A DNA stretch of 64,000 nt, from contig NC_087447.1 of assembly GCF_036321535.1 (NCBI RefSeq), forward strand, positions 32,490,001 through 32,554,000, written 5' to 3'. Within the stretch, counting starts at the first letter, position 1. Each line of letters starts with the position of its first letter. This DNA is from Camelus dromedarius (taxonomy: Eukaryota). Of the stretch, positions 36,480-49,400 are shown in pieces. The notes under the pieces were generated by a model. It was not told the DNA's origin. It was given only the letters and a program-made list of their open reading frames with translations, and ran no database searches. Position numbers and translations under genes: made by a program.

Positions 36480-37365
36480 ATAATACGAGGGAACCATGTC
36501 ACACGAGCAACAACTGAAGAAACTGTCCACGTTCATCCTAGCTAAGAGAAATCTCAGAAACATCAGGGTTGCCTGTGAATATGAAAGATAATCATGTGGA
36601 GGTGAGACTGGATTTGGTCTCTGTGACATCAGTAGAGGAGACTCAGAAAACAGTGTTTGTTAGGAGTGTGGGCTTCCATGTATGAGAGACCTGAGATTAG
36701 CTTCAGCTTTATTACTCACTGGTTAGTGCAAGTAAGATAATGTTTCTCATTTCATTATTTACAAAATGTGTATTTTTATAAAAGTATTACTATTTGGTGG
36801 GACTACTCAAAACATATTTTAACACCGTTTAACAAAGACCTACCAAGTATCTGGGGACATACAAAAATGCAATGGAGTTTCTCATGGGTGTGGACTTCAT
36901 CTCAGTAGAGTTCAAGTTAGGTTAGTTGGCTGAAAAAGACTAGAGAGGGTTTCAAACTTTGAGTAGAAGAGACTGTTGATTACATTAAGTCAGCAGTTCC
37001 CACAAATTTTGATTTTTCAAAGTGGTAAAAGTTTAAAAACGTACTGCCCATGTATTATTTTACCAAGTAAATAAGGCAACAATATAGAAACAAAAAAACA
37101 ACGAAGATTAATTTTATCTACAATTATCATTTCATATAAGAAAAAGATTCCACATTGAGTTTGAAGTATATAATCTTAGAAAAAAGACATTCCCATAAAT
37201 AAATATAGCTTTATTAAAAACTGACTGCAATATGCTTACTCTAAAAATTTTTCCTTGGACCAATGATGACCTTGTCATGCATGACCACCTATCTGTGGAC
37301 CGTCATTAAGAAAACATTGGAGTAGATGACTTTGAGAAATTGTTTCAACATTGAGATTTTGAAGT
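36480..37365 (+). mobile_element. L3/CR1 3' region, interrupted by a MIR (about 36645-36800) and a hAT MITE (36991-37319)
   Basis: 'gaaccatgtcacacgagcaacaactgaagaaactg...cctagctaagagaa...tcatgtggaggtgagactggatttggtctctgtg' and terminal 'gagtagatgactttgag...ttcaacattgagatttt' follow L3 consensus order. Confidence 0.7.
36991..37319. mobile_element. hAT-Charlie MITE (MER112-like, family uncertain)
   Basis: Starts 'cagcagttccca' and ends 'tctgtggaccgtcattaagaaaacattg', Charlie-type termini around an AT-rich core. Confidence 0.55.
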
Positions 37366-37899
37366 ACTAAATTATATTGTATGTCAATCCATCTCCCTTC
37401 CTTCTGATGGTGTCATGAGTCCAAACTGTTAGAGGCAAATAGACATCCATGTGAATATCCCAGGAATGTTTTCTTTAGCTGTTAATATTATTGTTAACCA
37501 GAGATGGTCAATAAATACAAGTCATACCTAATTTACCAGATTATTTTAAATCATCTTGATAAAGGTAAGACCATGTTTAACTCTGACCCTGAAGCAATTT
37601 GTCACAGCCCCCTGCTTTATTTTAACCTAGGATCTCACTTTAAGGTGATGGCATAATAAACTAAACAAGGGATTCTGAGATGGTTGAGGGCTCATCTAAG
37701 TATTTAATGTGAGTTGACAAATTCACAAAGATGCATAGCAGAGGTCATTCTCTTTACTTCCTATGCCCAAAGAAAATGGCATTTCCACGTCTGGAATCAG
37801 CAAATTCCATTTGTATATAGCGTCATTTTATGCTTTGAAATCTCCCATGTGAAGGAAGAAAGAAATTTCAAACTTCTTATGTCATGCATATAAGTAACA

Positions 37900-38070
37900 T
37901 CTTAGAAGAGACTCCTAGTTCAATTGACTTATTTCAAATGAAGAAAATAAAACACAGAGCTGTTAAGTGACTTGATCAAGGTCACACAACAAGATTGTGA
38001 CCAAAGTCAAACTAGAAGTTTAGACTTTGGGCCCTCAATCCAATGATCTTTCTGTCAGATCATACTGCCA
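37900..38070 (-). mobile_element. MIR/MIR3 SINE
   Basis: 'atttcaaatgaagaaaataaaacacagagctgttaagtgacttgatcaaggtcacacaac'. Confidence 0.78.
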
Positions 38071-38154
38071 CCCAGAGCTCCAAAGCTCAACTGTAATGTT
38101 TTCAGAAAGGTGTTGTTTCTAAGAATGTCTGAAATTTCAGAAAATAATCATCAT

Positions 38155-38385
38155 GGTTCAGAGTGTACAGGTTAAAATATTGATAACCTTGGGTGGATTC
38201 TGGTTGTGCCACTTGCATAATTTTGAGCAAGTGACAATCTCTCAGAGCTTTATTTTATCATCTGTTAAGTGAAGATGCCTACCTAACAGTACTTCTGTGA
38301 CAAGTGAATAATGTAGTGTGTGTACAGTTCTTGGCCCAGAGTTAGGCCCATCGACAGTACTTGGTAAATTTTCATTATTATTATC
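38155..38385 (+). mobile_element. MIR SINE
   Basis: 'ttttgagcaagtgacaatctctcagagcttt...tcatctgttaagtgaagatgcctacctaacag...tacttggtaaattttcattattattat'. Confidence 0.75.
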
Positions 38386-38639
38386 ACCATTTACAGTTCC
38401 TTCAAATATTCCAGAATTTTAATCTTCAGTGGCGAATGTCTCACTATAATAAAGGAACCACAGACAATGTAAACTGTTCATGACAGAGGATTAGAGCTGG
38501 TTTATCAGTATTTATAAGGCATATGAATGTATTTTATGATCCCGGCACACTGAAAAACTATAAAATGCCATAGAGTACTTACTATCCAACCTACTTTGCT
38601 AAACAACTCTATTTTCTATCCAAGCCAAAATCCTGGGAC

Positions 38640-39102
38640 TGATCCAAAATTATGACCGTTCCTTCTGCTATATCCACATTTAGTCTCCATGTTCAGTGTT
38701 AATTCCCAAATGGCTTTTGCCTCTGTCCACTGTCTCCATTTTCTGGGCAACTGCCTTGGTTTAGGTTCTCCTTTGCTCTCACTGGACTACCCCAAAAGCC
38801 CCATCACCACATCCCTACTTTAGTCCTGTCCTCCCCACTGCTGCAAAAATGGACTAATGGTAAAATCGAACCTTGTCATTCCCTGCTCGGAATTCACCAG
38901 TGACTTCCCCTTGCCTGCAAAATGACCCAGAATCTCACACAAGGGATGCCGAGGCTCTTCTTGAGTCATTTTCTACATGCTTGTCCTGTCTCATCAATCT
39001 GAAGTCACACTTCAGTACCTAGCTCAGTGCTTAGTGTGTGGTAGGCACTTGGATATGAAGGCTGAATGACTAGATGAATAAGTAAATGAATAATGAATGA
39101 AC
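38640..39102 (+). mobile_element. L2 LINE 3' region
   Basis: 'cactggactaccccaaaagcc...tgtcattccctgctc...cagtgacttccccttgcc...cagtacctagctcagtgcttagtgtgtggtaggcactt...aatgaatgaa'. Confidence 0.82.
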
Positions 39103-39309
39103 ACATCAAAATCTAACGTATTTTCCTTCCTCTGGTCTCCTTTTGAGCAAGTAGTTGTCTTGTGACCTGATACATATCAGTGCAACACGCAACAGTTTCA
39201 GGCTTCATTCAGAACTCTTCTTTATTCAGAATATTTCTCCCAGTGTATTAGTATACAACTTCTAAACTCTTTATTTTCATGGAATTCTGGTGTTACAGAA
39301 TAGCCACAT

Positions 39310-39630
39310 CTTTTATTCAGCTTCTTGTAACTATTTCCACAGGATACAATAGCCTTCTGTAACCTATATTACATGATTCCAGAGTGGTTAATCCTGTAGA
39401 TATATTGTAGTTTACTTAGCCAATTTCCTATTACCCGAACTTTAGGTCATCTACATTTATTCACTTTATAAAACATGCTTAGGTAGCATGCATATTTCTT
39501 TAGGGAAAAATAAAACCTAGAATAATGAAATTTCTTTGTTTTTAAAGCTTTTGTTATAGATAGCCAAATACCCTCCAGAATAGTCTTAACATACTGTACT
39601 ACTACCAGCAAGTTAGGAGAGTGCCAAGTG
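39310..39630 (-). mobile_element. Degraded L1ME-type fragment
   Basis: 'tttacttagccaatttcctattacccgaactttaggtcatctacattt...gatagccaaataccctccagaatag...tactaccagcaagttaggagagtgcc'. Confidence 0.55.
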
Positions 39631-40712
39631 AAATATTTTTAATGATAGAAGATTAAGTACCACAAGAATTACTGGGGAGGAATGTTTTTATCTTATTATA
39701 AATCTAGTCATAATACTGGTTCATCTGATACCTAGTAATTTTGAGTTGAATGTCAATGTTTTTTCAACATCGTTTTCTCTCTTCCTTTCTCTGTCTTTTC
39801 ATTCTCTTCTTCTTATAATGGCCATGTTTGCTATTCTTCCAGTATTAATAAATCCACAATTGTGTGTTTTTCCTGCTTAAAAAATATAGTTACATAATCA
39901 ATGACTATCTTTTGCTATTTTACATATGAATGTATTCTCATCTCAAGTAGTGTTCAGAGCCCAGTCATCTTTGGATTATGTACAAAGAGGAATCTGCAGC
40001 ACTAATCAATGTCATCTTTCAAATAAAGGGTTTTTTTAAAAAAAATGTTTATTATTATATATTTAGCCCTCTCAAATAAGTCTTGTTTAGAAGCAGAGTC
40101 AGAAAACAAAAGCCCATTAAAGAAAGCATTTTTCCCTCCCAAAACCTTGTCTCGCTCTTAAAACTTTACAAAGTAGACATTTCAAAAATAACAGATACAA
40201 AGGACAACCCACTCACTCTTTTCCTATGAGAACAATGCTCTGAGACCTTGGGCTTAAGGATAGAATAATATTTAATGAATCATGTGAGATATTAATTCTG
40301 CTAAGCTGTTACTTCTCTAATGGTCCTAATTTTTTCCATTAAAATTGACATAGTGCTTGCAGTTACCTTAGGGAGTTATGAATGTAGGAGAATTACAAGG
40401 ACCCTGTGAGTGCCAAACCTCTCAAACTGTTGTTCAGTCCACAGCCACTGCTTTTTCCGTGGGAGCCCAGGGCACTTAGCTTGTTTATGTTCTCAGACCC
40501 CTTTCAGTAGCCACCACCATTCTGTCCTTTGGAGATCTGATTTTCCCAAGTTTAGCTGTAAGGAAATGCAGGTTACCCAAGTTCTACTCCTAGTTTCAAA
40601 GGAAACAGTCAGGGTGGTAATAAAAATAACAAGGAGAGAGAAACAATAGAGCTTTATTAAATCTTACCAAAGTCTTAAAATCGTAACCATGGGGCTGCTG
40701 TTTCTTAAGTGG

Positions 40713-41268
40713 TGTAGGAGGGCAAAATTTGCCACCCCAAAGTGTATCACTTTGGCATAAGCATTAATTTGGGCAGATCATTTTTAAGAAAAGACTCAGA
40801 AACTTTGACCTTCCTTCCAACTGCCTTAAAAGGATTTAGATAGAGGGCCTGTTCCCAGAACAGAGCTATCACCAGATGACACATCTGCAAAGAATGTGAG
40901 CTAGTTGTGGTGGGGGGGAAACTCTTAGAGGTCAAGGTCCAGTCTGTGTCCCACTGTCTGCATGGCCCAGCAAACGTTTATTTGCCAAATGTCCGCTTTT
41001 CCATCTCCATGTGAACTGCCTTCTTATCCTTTGGAAGCTCCAAACCACGACTCCCTGCAGCCTCTTTTGTCTTTAGCTGAAGGTGGTGTTTAAAGTGAGG
41101 GCTTTGGTCATTTTGTCACGTTACTCAGTTCTTCTGGGACTCTCCCATATATACTTGTTATTAAACTCTTGTTCGACTATCTTCTGTTACTCTGTCTCAT
41201 GTCAGTTTAATTCTTAGACCAGCCAGAGGAACCTAGAAGGGCAAAGGAAAATTTCTTCCTCCCTGGCA
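40713..41268 (+). mobile_element. MER34-family (ERV1) solo LTR
   Basis: 'tgtaggagggcaaaatttgccaccccaaagtgtatcactttggcataag' start; 'attaaact...tcagtttaattcttagaccagccagaggaacctagaagg...tcttcctccctggca' end; near-TSD gtgg/gtga. Confidence 0.9.
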
Positions 41269-41771
41269 GTGAAAACCTGAAACCCTAGTAGCCTTTTGTG
41301 TCTTTGTCAGTGCTGCCTTAACATCCACCTTGGCTTTTCTGTTTCACCTGTTGGGAAGGGATGGACCCCTTAAGCTTCAGTTTTAAGTGAACGTATACTC
41401 CCATGTGTCCTTGAGGCACACAATTGCTTATGGTCCCCTGCATTTATTCATACCTGGGGTTTTCATTTTAAAAGGGTGTCTAATTTGGTCCATTCTCTGT
41501 GTCTGGTCACTCACAGGTGTTGCCTGTTTGGGTATTGTTGGGGTGCCTTTAAAATGAATTACAGAGGAAAGAAATTTTCCATTAGAAGAAAACTAATATC
41601 AATAGAACCAGCAGGATCCTCATATAAGATCTTAAAAGGGGAAAAGTGTGCAGTACTTAACAATGAAAGGCAGATCCTTTTAATTCTGAGCTCTTTGTGG
41701 CAGAGAGTGAATGATGATAAATTCCATTACTGTGAATGTCAGTTTAAGGGTTGATGAGAAAGCTTACTATA

Positions 41772-41820
41772 ATTCCACACTGAAAATGCCCACTCTATTC
41801 CACACTAAAAATGCCCACTC
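41772..41820. repeat. Tandem duplication, 25-bp period, two copies
   Basis: attccacactgaaaatgcccactc / attccacactaaaaatgcccactc (one mismatch). Confidence 0.92.
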
Positions 41821-44307
41821 AGAAAGAGAGAGTGTGTTTCCTTTGTCCTCGACCTTTAATAACCCTGGCTCTGACCAAAGTTAGCTGATTTTTAGAAGTT
41901 CATAAGAGCACAGCTGACCATTATCATTAAGATGGAATATTCATGAAATGAAAGGACTTGGGAATACCTCCAACTGTAATACATTTTCTTTGTTCTAAAA
42001 TAAAATGAATTCTTCCCTTTCCCATAAAACTAATTTTTTTCATGATATCTTTTGTTCTGTTACATTAGTTTACAGAAGTCTACGTCTGTAATTAAGACTG
42101 AATGATAAAAATGTGTTCATAGGGAGGAACTAAGATCTTTTTTTCAATGGAGTGTAGGTAACTAATGGGCAAAGAGATAAATGGAAAAGATCAGGGCCAT
42201 TTTACTAGAAAGTTCACCTCCTGATTCATGATAATCAACCCCAATCTAAAGGAAGTAACAACTCTTATTTCTTACATCTCACCTAATTTCCTCCCACCAA
42301 TGAATCAGAACAAAGTGGCCATCAAAGAAAACATTAAGGATCCAAATTATTGAAAATCTACATCATTTGTGGAATTCACCTGAGCTTTGTGTATCTCAGC
42401 AAAGTCTAACACCTAGTAACATTTGAGTTAGGTGTCTCAAAATGACCCATCAGGTATGTGGATTCTTTCCAAATCCATTTGGCCTGAGTGGTATCTGAAA
42501 GATCTACCACCAGCTAGCTTTGAACACAGGTGTCAAAGGATTTCATTGACCTGCTACTCTCCGTTCTGGGAGAAATAATATGCTTGTATTATTGTCTTTT
42601 ACTCTTCATCAACTTTTGAAAAAAATCAGCTTGAGACATAAAGTAAGTAATAGATGTGACACATTTTAATGGGAAGATCACACTGCATTTTGGCATGGCA
42701 CATTAAAAGGAAAGCCAAGGGGGCAGAGATGTAAGGATTACGTAGGCTTAACTCTCTCACAACTGGAAAAGGTAGTGTGATTTCAATTTGAAAATACTAG
42801 CAAAAGAGAAATTGGGTAGCCATATGCTCAGCTAAAAATCAAAGATGTTATTAGTCTAAGGGGGGATTCAGATAATTTGAAACACTATCATCCTCTACTG
42901 CATAATTTTAGAAAGGGAGAAACCACAACTACAGAAAGCAGCAGGTTTTAGTTATTAAACATTCCACTGTTTAGGAAAAATATTTTTGATTAAAAAGAAA
43001 GAGTGAACCTCTTCAGCATACTTACTGGTTTTAACGGCAGCCCATTAAAAGGAGGAAAAAGAAAAGAGGAAAACCTTTGGCCAGAATTTGAGAAATGCTA
43101 ACATTGTCTATTTTTTCCAGAGTAAATGACGCATGCCAATCCTTTTTTGGCTTTTAGCACATTAGATGTTAAGAAGTAGCACTTAGAGATAAACAGCATA
43201 GCAATAGCTTGCCGTACAGAGTACACTGATGCATTTCTCAGTTCTAAGGCTTTGGATTAGAGCAAGAAGAGCCAGTGTTTGGCATTAGCCTGGCTTAGCT
43301 CATTATGTTATCCCTGTGAGCAATAAAAATACTTCCTCTCATTTCTTCCCCAATAACTATTGCAGGAGGTGACAGGTCCTAGATCTCAGGAAACTGGAGA
43401 CTGAGAAAGGTCACTTCTGCAAATACCTGTCATCAGTCCTTCAAGGTCATCCTGAATGGTCTCTCTCCCTGGAAGGACCATGGAAATCCAGCAGTCTGAC
43501 TCTTTAGGCTGAGAGCTCAGAACTTCTCTAAGGAAGCAAAGTCAAGAGATGAAACCTGGCAGTCAGTAGCTGCCTGAAGTCAGTCATAGACATGGGTATG
43601 TTTGGCAGCACAATATAGCTAATCAACTTACTCAAAAATAACTTGATACTTTTAGGCAGGGCATGCACTTTCCATTTGACAGGCTCTGATTCTTGTTGTG
43701 TTTGATATACTTCACGTGTTTCATATATTTTAGTTACCTGACAGACCTCATAGATATTTGAATTTGTGACTGGTGAAACTCTCCACAAGACAGAACCAGA
43801 CAAGGTTCTATCTAATTTCTTACTCTTCTTCTGTCTATCTGTCTCTCCTTTTCTTCTTCGTTTTTCCTTTTCTTTATGTTTCACCCTCATTTCTCTTCTT
43901 TCTTCTTCTACCCTTCTTATTCTCAGGCCCCTCCAGGCAGTTAATTTCCTATCCAGAGTGACTGCCACCACAAGGGCCAACTGGGTTATTGAGGCAGAAA
44001 AGGAAAGCTAGGTAGATAGGAACTGAATAAAATACACAGCATGTGTTCTAGTCTTGTTGATTATTATTTTATTTTTTGGAAAATAAAAAAATCTAGCATG
44101 ATTTTTTGAAATAGACAATGAACAGTATGATGCTAGGTTTTTTTTCTTTTCTTTCCTTTCCTTTTTGCTTTGATCACTAGGAAGCTCAGGGTTAAACTCC
44201 ATGATCATAGGAGGAGATGTTATGAGAATAGTTTTCCAGTGTAATTACTTGTTCCCTCAGTTGTGCAGCTTTTCTCGTTCTGAAATTACCATCATTCTGA
44301 ATACCAA

Positions 44308-44932
44308 TGTGTACATTAAGATGGCTGCACATTCTGTGCTAGCCCTTCTGTTGAAAAGTATTCTCTAATTCCTCTCCTCTTGAATCAAGGTTGGTGTTAG
44401 TGATGTGTATGACCACTAGAATGTGACGGAGGTCATGTTCTGGGACTTGAAATCAGGTCATTCGTAAGAAGTTTCCCAGTTTCTGCCCAGGCCTCTTAGA
44501 TCACAAGGGGATCTACTCACCATGTGAGAGGTCCAGATACTCAAAGACTTCTGCACTGTGAGAAAGATGCCTGGAGGGAATCCATGAAGGGAGACAGAGA
44601 GTCCCGGCCAGCCTCAGCTGTGCCAGTCATTTCGGCAGTGCCAGACAGGGGAATGAAGGAAACCCCTTGGGTGTTCTATCCCTAGCTAGTGGGGCATGAA
44701 GAAGACTCAAGGAAACCCTCAACAACCTAAGATTCTATACATATGGCCCCAGCAATTTAGGGTGTTCAAACCCACCCCAGTTGAGATCTCAGTCATGTGG
44801 AGCAGAGATAAATCATCTTGCTATTCCATTTCGAAGTTTCTGACACATACAATTTTGTATAGAATAAAATGGTTGTTACTTTATGCATTAAGTCTCGGAG
44901 TAGTTTAATATGTGCAATAGATAACTGGAACT
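44308..44932 (+). mobile_element. MLT1G/H-like MaLR solo LTR
   Basis: 'attaagatggctgcacattctgtg...cctcttgaatc...tgaccactagaatgtgacggaggtcatgttctgggactt...aataaaatggttgttactttatgcattaagt...gcaatagataactggaac'. Confidence 0.85.
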
Positions 44933-47184
44933 TTGAACATATGTTGCTTTTACTGTAAACCACTTCAAGTCCTTTTTAGAAGTAGACATTTCACAAGTAA
45001 TTGTCATTTTACTGATAACTAAAGAGAGGGAAATCCTTCAGGTGCTGATCAGTTTAAGTTTACATTTTTCCTTCTTTTAGAATTTTATATCTTGCTCTAG
45101 ATTTTAGATGGGAAGGGTAGTTACTTGCATGAGCTTGTCAGCGCTGTTTGTGTTAGAGGATGTTGGCATACAAGAACAAGTTAGTTGCTTGAATTATGCA
45201 AGAGCATAAATGACAGTCTCTTCTCTTCCCTTTTAGTGCCGTGTGGTGGCACAGGAAATCCATGGCACTGTGTTTAACAACCCCTAGTCATGGTATTTGT
45301 CATAAACTATGCCAGACTCACCAGGTAGCACCATCTACAGTTGCATGACGATACGTAAGTCCCCATAAAGCAGCTTCTTATTCTTAAAAATGCTCTGAAT
45401 GTAGAGACAGTTCTTTTCAGTTGGACAGTTATGATTTTGCAACAGGAATACTACAGTTGGGGACTTTATGCAAGTAGCTCTTCTAACCATAAAGAAATGA
45501 ATAAGGTACAGGTTACACTCAGTGGACAAACTGCACTCCATTTCTTGACCATTACAGTGATGAAATATTTCAGTAAATCACAGTCTTGACGTCGTCCTCA
45601 AGTCTTTTGCCATTTCAGCTGCTGCAACTGTATAATGTATATTGATTTCTACTTGGAATTCAATGGCAAGAAAAGCTGTTTAATCATTTGGCTCCTGACT
45701 ACTTAATAAAAAATCTGTCTCATTTAATAAGTTTATTTTGGATAAGACCACCATTATTGCTATAATTCTGCATCCGTTTTTGCTCCTTTTGGGGAGGGGA
45801 GAGGGTAATAAATGAGGCTTCAGGTGAGACATTGCCACTGCAGTCTTCCTGCTGCTTTCCTTGACCACCTCTCAGATCTGCAAGGCTGTTCAGCAGTCCA
45901 CCAGTGAAAGCCCCTTAGTTACTCACTGCATAACTGTAAATACACAGCTCCTTTCTGTGTCTCAGAGACCACTGTTAAGTAAAAGAAATCTGGTACCCCC
46001 ATTCCAAACTAAAGCCTATGCTGCAATTATAGAAGGCAAGCACACTAGTGCTATAATTTTCCACCCAATCACATCTCATTAGCATTCAATTTTGCTAAAG
46101 CCACATGACATAAAAGTCACTAATAAGCTGCTGCATTTTGTAGGGTATTGGCAAAAAATGAAATCAGATACAACCACATTAATGTTCTGTGATGAGAACT
46201 TGCTAATAGGATTAGAAACAGCCAGAAACATTAGGAGGAAACCATCTGAGAAAGTCACCCCCAATGTTAAGAGAGAATCAATTAGCCAGGCTCATTTGAG
46301 GAGAGACGTCAGGCACTGACTGGGGGCCTTGTGAAGAGGAACAGAGGAGACAGGATTTATTTTTGTTATGGAGGCAATGTGAACTTCCAAGTACAGATTC
46401 CAGAAAAGATCCTCTTAATTTCTGTTATGATGAGTGAGTCAACTGTTTTAAGAATTCTTCTGGTTTTTACCCACTGACTCTGATCTCTGGGTTATTTTAA
46501 AATGGGTTAAACCTGCCGCCTGTGTTTACATCTGAGTATTAATACAAACTTGGCCTGTGGCAGTACAAAAACAAAAGTTTTAGACTCATGTCTAGAGATC
46601 TCTTAGAGTCTCAGAGTTGGAAGGGACTTCTGTGGGAAGTAAGGTCCCCTGAAAGTATTCCAGGTGACAGCTGGCATTTACCTGCCAGCTAGGGTCGCAT
46701 GTTCCTATCCACTGAGACTTCTTTGTCTCGTTTCTAAGCTGGCATCTTCTTTTAGTGAAGCCACAGAAAAATGGAGCAATAGTATACCAACATTCTGTAT
46801 CGGGTCTCCACCTCTGGAAGCCTCTGGCCAGTGAGGATGTGTGGGGTTGGAAGAAGGTACTGTCACATGCCAGGAGGCTCCATACAGGGCAGGTTACACT
46901 GATGCTATAAATTTTAATGCTGAGACTTGAATTCTAAAAATAAGAGGATTAGATTTGACTCTGTGAATCCCCTGTCATTTTAGATGGTTGTAAATGGTAA
47001 ATGTAAACAGTTTTGAGCTCTTTAACTTTCAAGAGGAGTCAATTGGTCTGAAAAACCTAAGATACAATGGTAACAAAATACATTGATAACCCTTCATGGT
47101 GATTGTTCAGCCTCATTACAGCAGTCAATGTTTGTTGTGAATGGGTATTTAGTCAGTGGGCTTTACACTCAGTAAGGTCTTTTT

Positions 47185-47383
47185 TGGGATTCAGGCTTAG
47201 TTATGTACTATATGACTTCTGGTAAGTTTCTTTAACCCCTCTAAGCTTCAGTTCTCTCATCTGTACAATAAGAATAACAGGAGTGTCTACCTCACAGAGA
47301 GTTGTGAAGATTAAATAAGACAAAGCACGTAAACAAAACAATGCCTGGACAATCCCTTCCATCCGTAAGATAAATGGTAGCTA
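47185..47383 (+). mobile_element. MIR SINE
   Basis: 'ttaacccctctaagcttcagttctctcatctgtacaataagaataacaggagtgtctacctcacagagagttgtgaagattaaataaga'. Confidence 0.88.
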
Positions 47384-47847
47384 ACACCTCCAGAGAGGAG
47401 AAAGCAGTCCCCTGCAGGTGTCAGCTGAGAGCTGCTCTGACACTGACAATTAGTCTGTGGTCTTCTCCTGTTGAACAGGAACAGGTAATGAGGATAAAGA
47501 AAGGAAAGACATAGTCCCTGTCCTTGAGAGCTCACGTTCCAGCAGGAGAGACAGATACCTCGACAATTATCTTACACAGTCATTCCGGGGCGCCTAAAGT
47601 GTCATTCCTAGGGAGTGCAGGTTAATCCTGGATTGATCACAGTACCTAGTGGAGAGAGGGGGAAAAAAAAAATAATAAAGACAGTATCATGAATACTGGG
47701 GGTGAAATAAAATCTTTGTATATTTTACACCAAGGCCAGATAGCTCAACCAGAATAAAATGATATTTCTGATGGCTCAGTAACAATTTCAGCCTTAATAT
47801 TTCTATCTTATAATGGATATAGAAGTGTTTTTTTTTTTCCATTGGCA

Positions 47848-48067
47848 CTTTTATTGAGTGTCTGCTAAATGCCAAGGACTAGGCTAAGTGACTTGTATAC
47901 ATTGTCTCACTTTAGTGTCCCAAATAATACCATTAGATAGTTTTGTTATTTCTTGCTATTTTATTTATAGGAGGAAACTAAGGCTTAGAAAATTAACTTC
48001 CCAAGTGACAGAATGGATACCTGTCTGATTTCTAAATCTGTGATATTATCCACAATCTATACTGCCT
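47848..48067 (-). mobile_element. MIR SINE
   Basis: 'tttattgagtgtctgctaaatgccaaggactaggctaagtg...gaggaaactaaggcttagaaaattaacttcccaagtgacag'. Confidence 0.82.
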
Positions 48068-49224
48068 ACCTTTACTGCGGCTGCAGCCTTGAACCTCAGA
48101 GACTCAGACACTATCACTTTGGCTGTTTAAAATGTGTAGATACCACCAAACTGAATGTCTCACAGCTTAGAAATAATCATTAAGACACAGCCACTCAGGA
48201 TATGTGACTCAGTAATGTTCCAGCTTTGTTAGCACAATGCAGCTGCATGCACGGGCTTGACTGAAAACTGCACAGTTGAGAATTTGGTGCTTTCTGGTGC
48301 TGAGTAAGTTTTTGCTGCAAGTTGAATCTGGGTGATGGGAGTGTTTTCTGAGAAATGTTGGGGAGTATTTCATATTTATGGTTTAGATGAGGAGCCATCA
48401 GAAGTCCTACAAACACATTTTGTGTGTCTCAGTCAGGTATTTACAGCCTAGTAAGCTGGACACAGTGGAAAACTGCCAAATCCTCAGGAAGCTGCAAATG
48501 GGACAAATGAAAGGCAAGAGTTAGGTAGGGGCCCAGGGTGGAGAGAAGGGAGAAGAGGGAGATGCAGGTGACTGATTCTTTCTCTGGAAGGCTTGGTAGC
48601 TGGTAGCTGGGTGACCTTCAATGACTGGTACGTCAGCTGGAGACAGCGCAGTGGTGAGCATTCATGCTTCATAACTCAGAGCTCCAGCTTATTGTCTTCC
48701 GGGGTCAGGGGAGAGTCTGCTTACCAAGGTAAGACTGCAGATTGGCCGAGTGCATTGTGGGAGCACATTCTCTCCTTTGGGATTGTGCCAGAGGCTGCCT
48801 TTTTAATGACAGAGGTTTTCATTCCAACATTGATGACTTGCTTATGGTGATTCAGATTCTAACTGCAGCCTCCTCTTGGAAGCCATGGAGGGAGAAGGAA
48901 GGTTGGGGAGTGGGAAGAAGACAGAGGTTTCCACACTGTCCGTGTTTAGTACATATTACTGAATGAGCATTCTTAACAGACAGATCTCCAAGAAAATTCC
49001 TACTGACTGACAGCAATTTGATACAATTTACAGGTAAACAAAGAGAATGTGTGCTAAATACTGGGTTGGAGGATAGGGGAGGGGTGAGGAGGAAAAGGCA
49101 CAAGATGAGTGAGAGAAGAGTTTCCTGTCTTCAGGTTTTACTCTCTCCCAAGAGAGATAAAACAGATACACGAACGACTGGAAGAGAAAGTAAAGTGATT
49201 TGCAGGGGAAGATTCAGACACGTT

Positions 49225-49400
49225 CACTGAATCTCTGCTGAGCACACTCACGTTACCTCATTTAATCTGCACAACAGCTCTGTGCGGAAGAGATTATTAT
49301 CAGACCTACAGACTCTGCAGGAGAGGAAATGAAGGCTTGGGGAAGTCTGCTAGCCCTTCAGTGGTTGAGCCAGACTTCAGAACAGGCCCCACCCCATCCC
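49225..49400 (-). mobile_element. MIR SINE
   Basis: 'ttacctcatttaatctgcacaacagctctgtgcggaagagattattatc...gaggaaatgaaggcttgggga'. Confidence 0.75.

Noticed and set aside
42580..42900. Possible old MLT1 fragment
   Set aside because: Only scattered motif resemblance; boundaries not definable.
43528..44011. 150-aa minus-strand ORF and overlapping ORFs
   Set aside because: Driven by a low-complexity C/T-rich tract; no recognisable domain and non-ATG starts.
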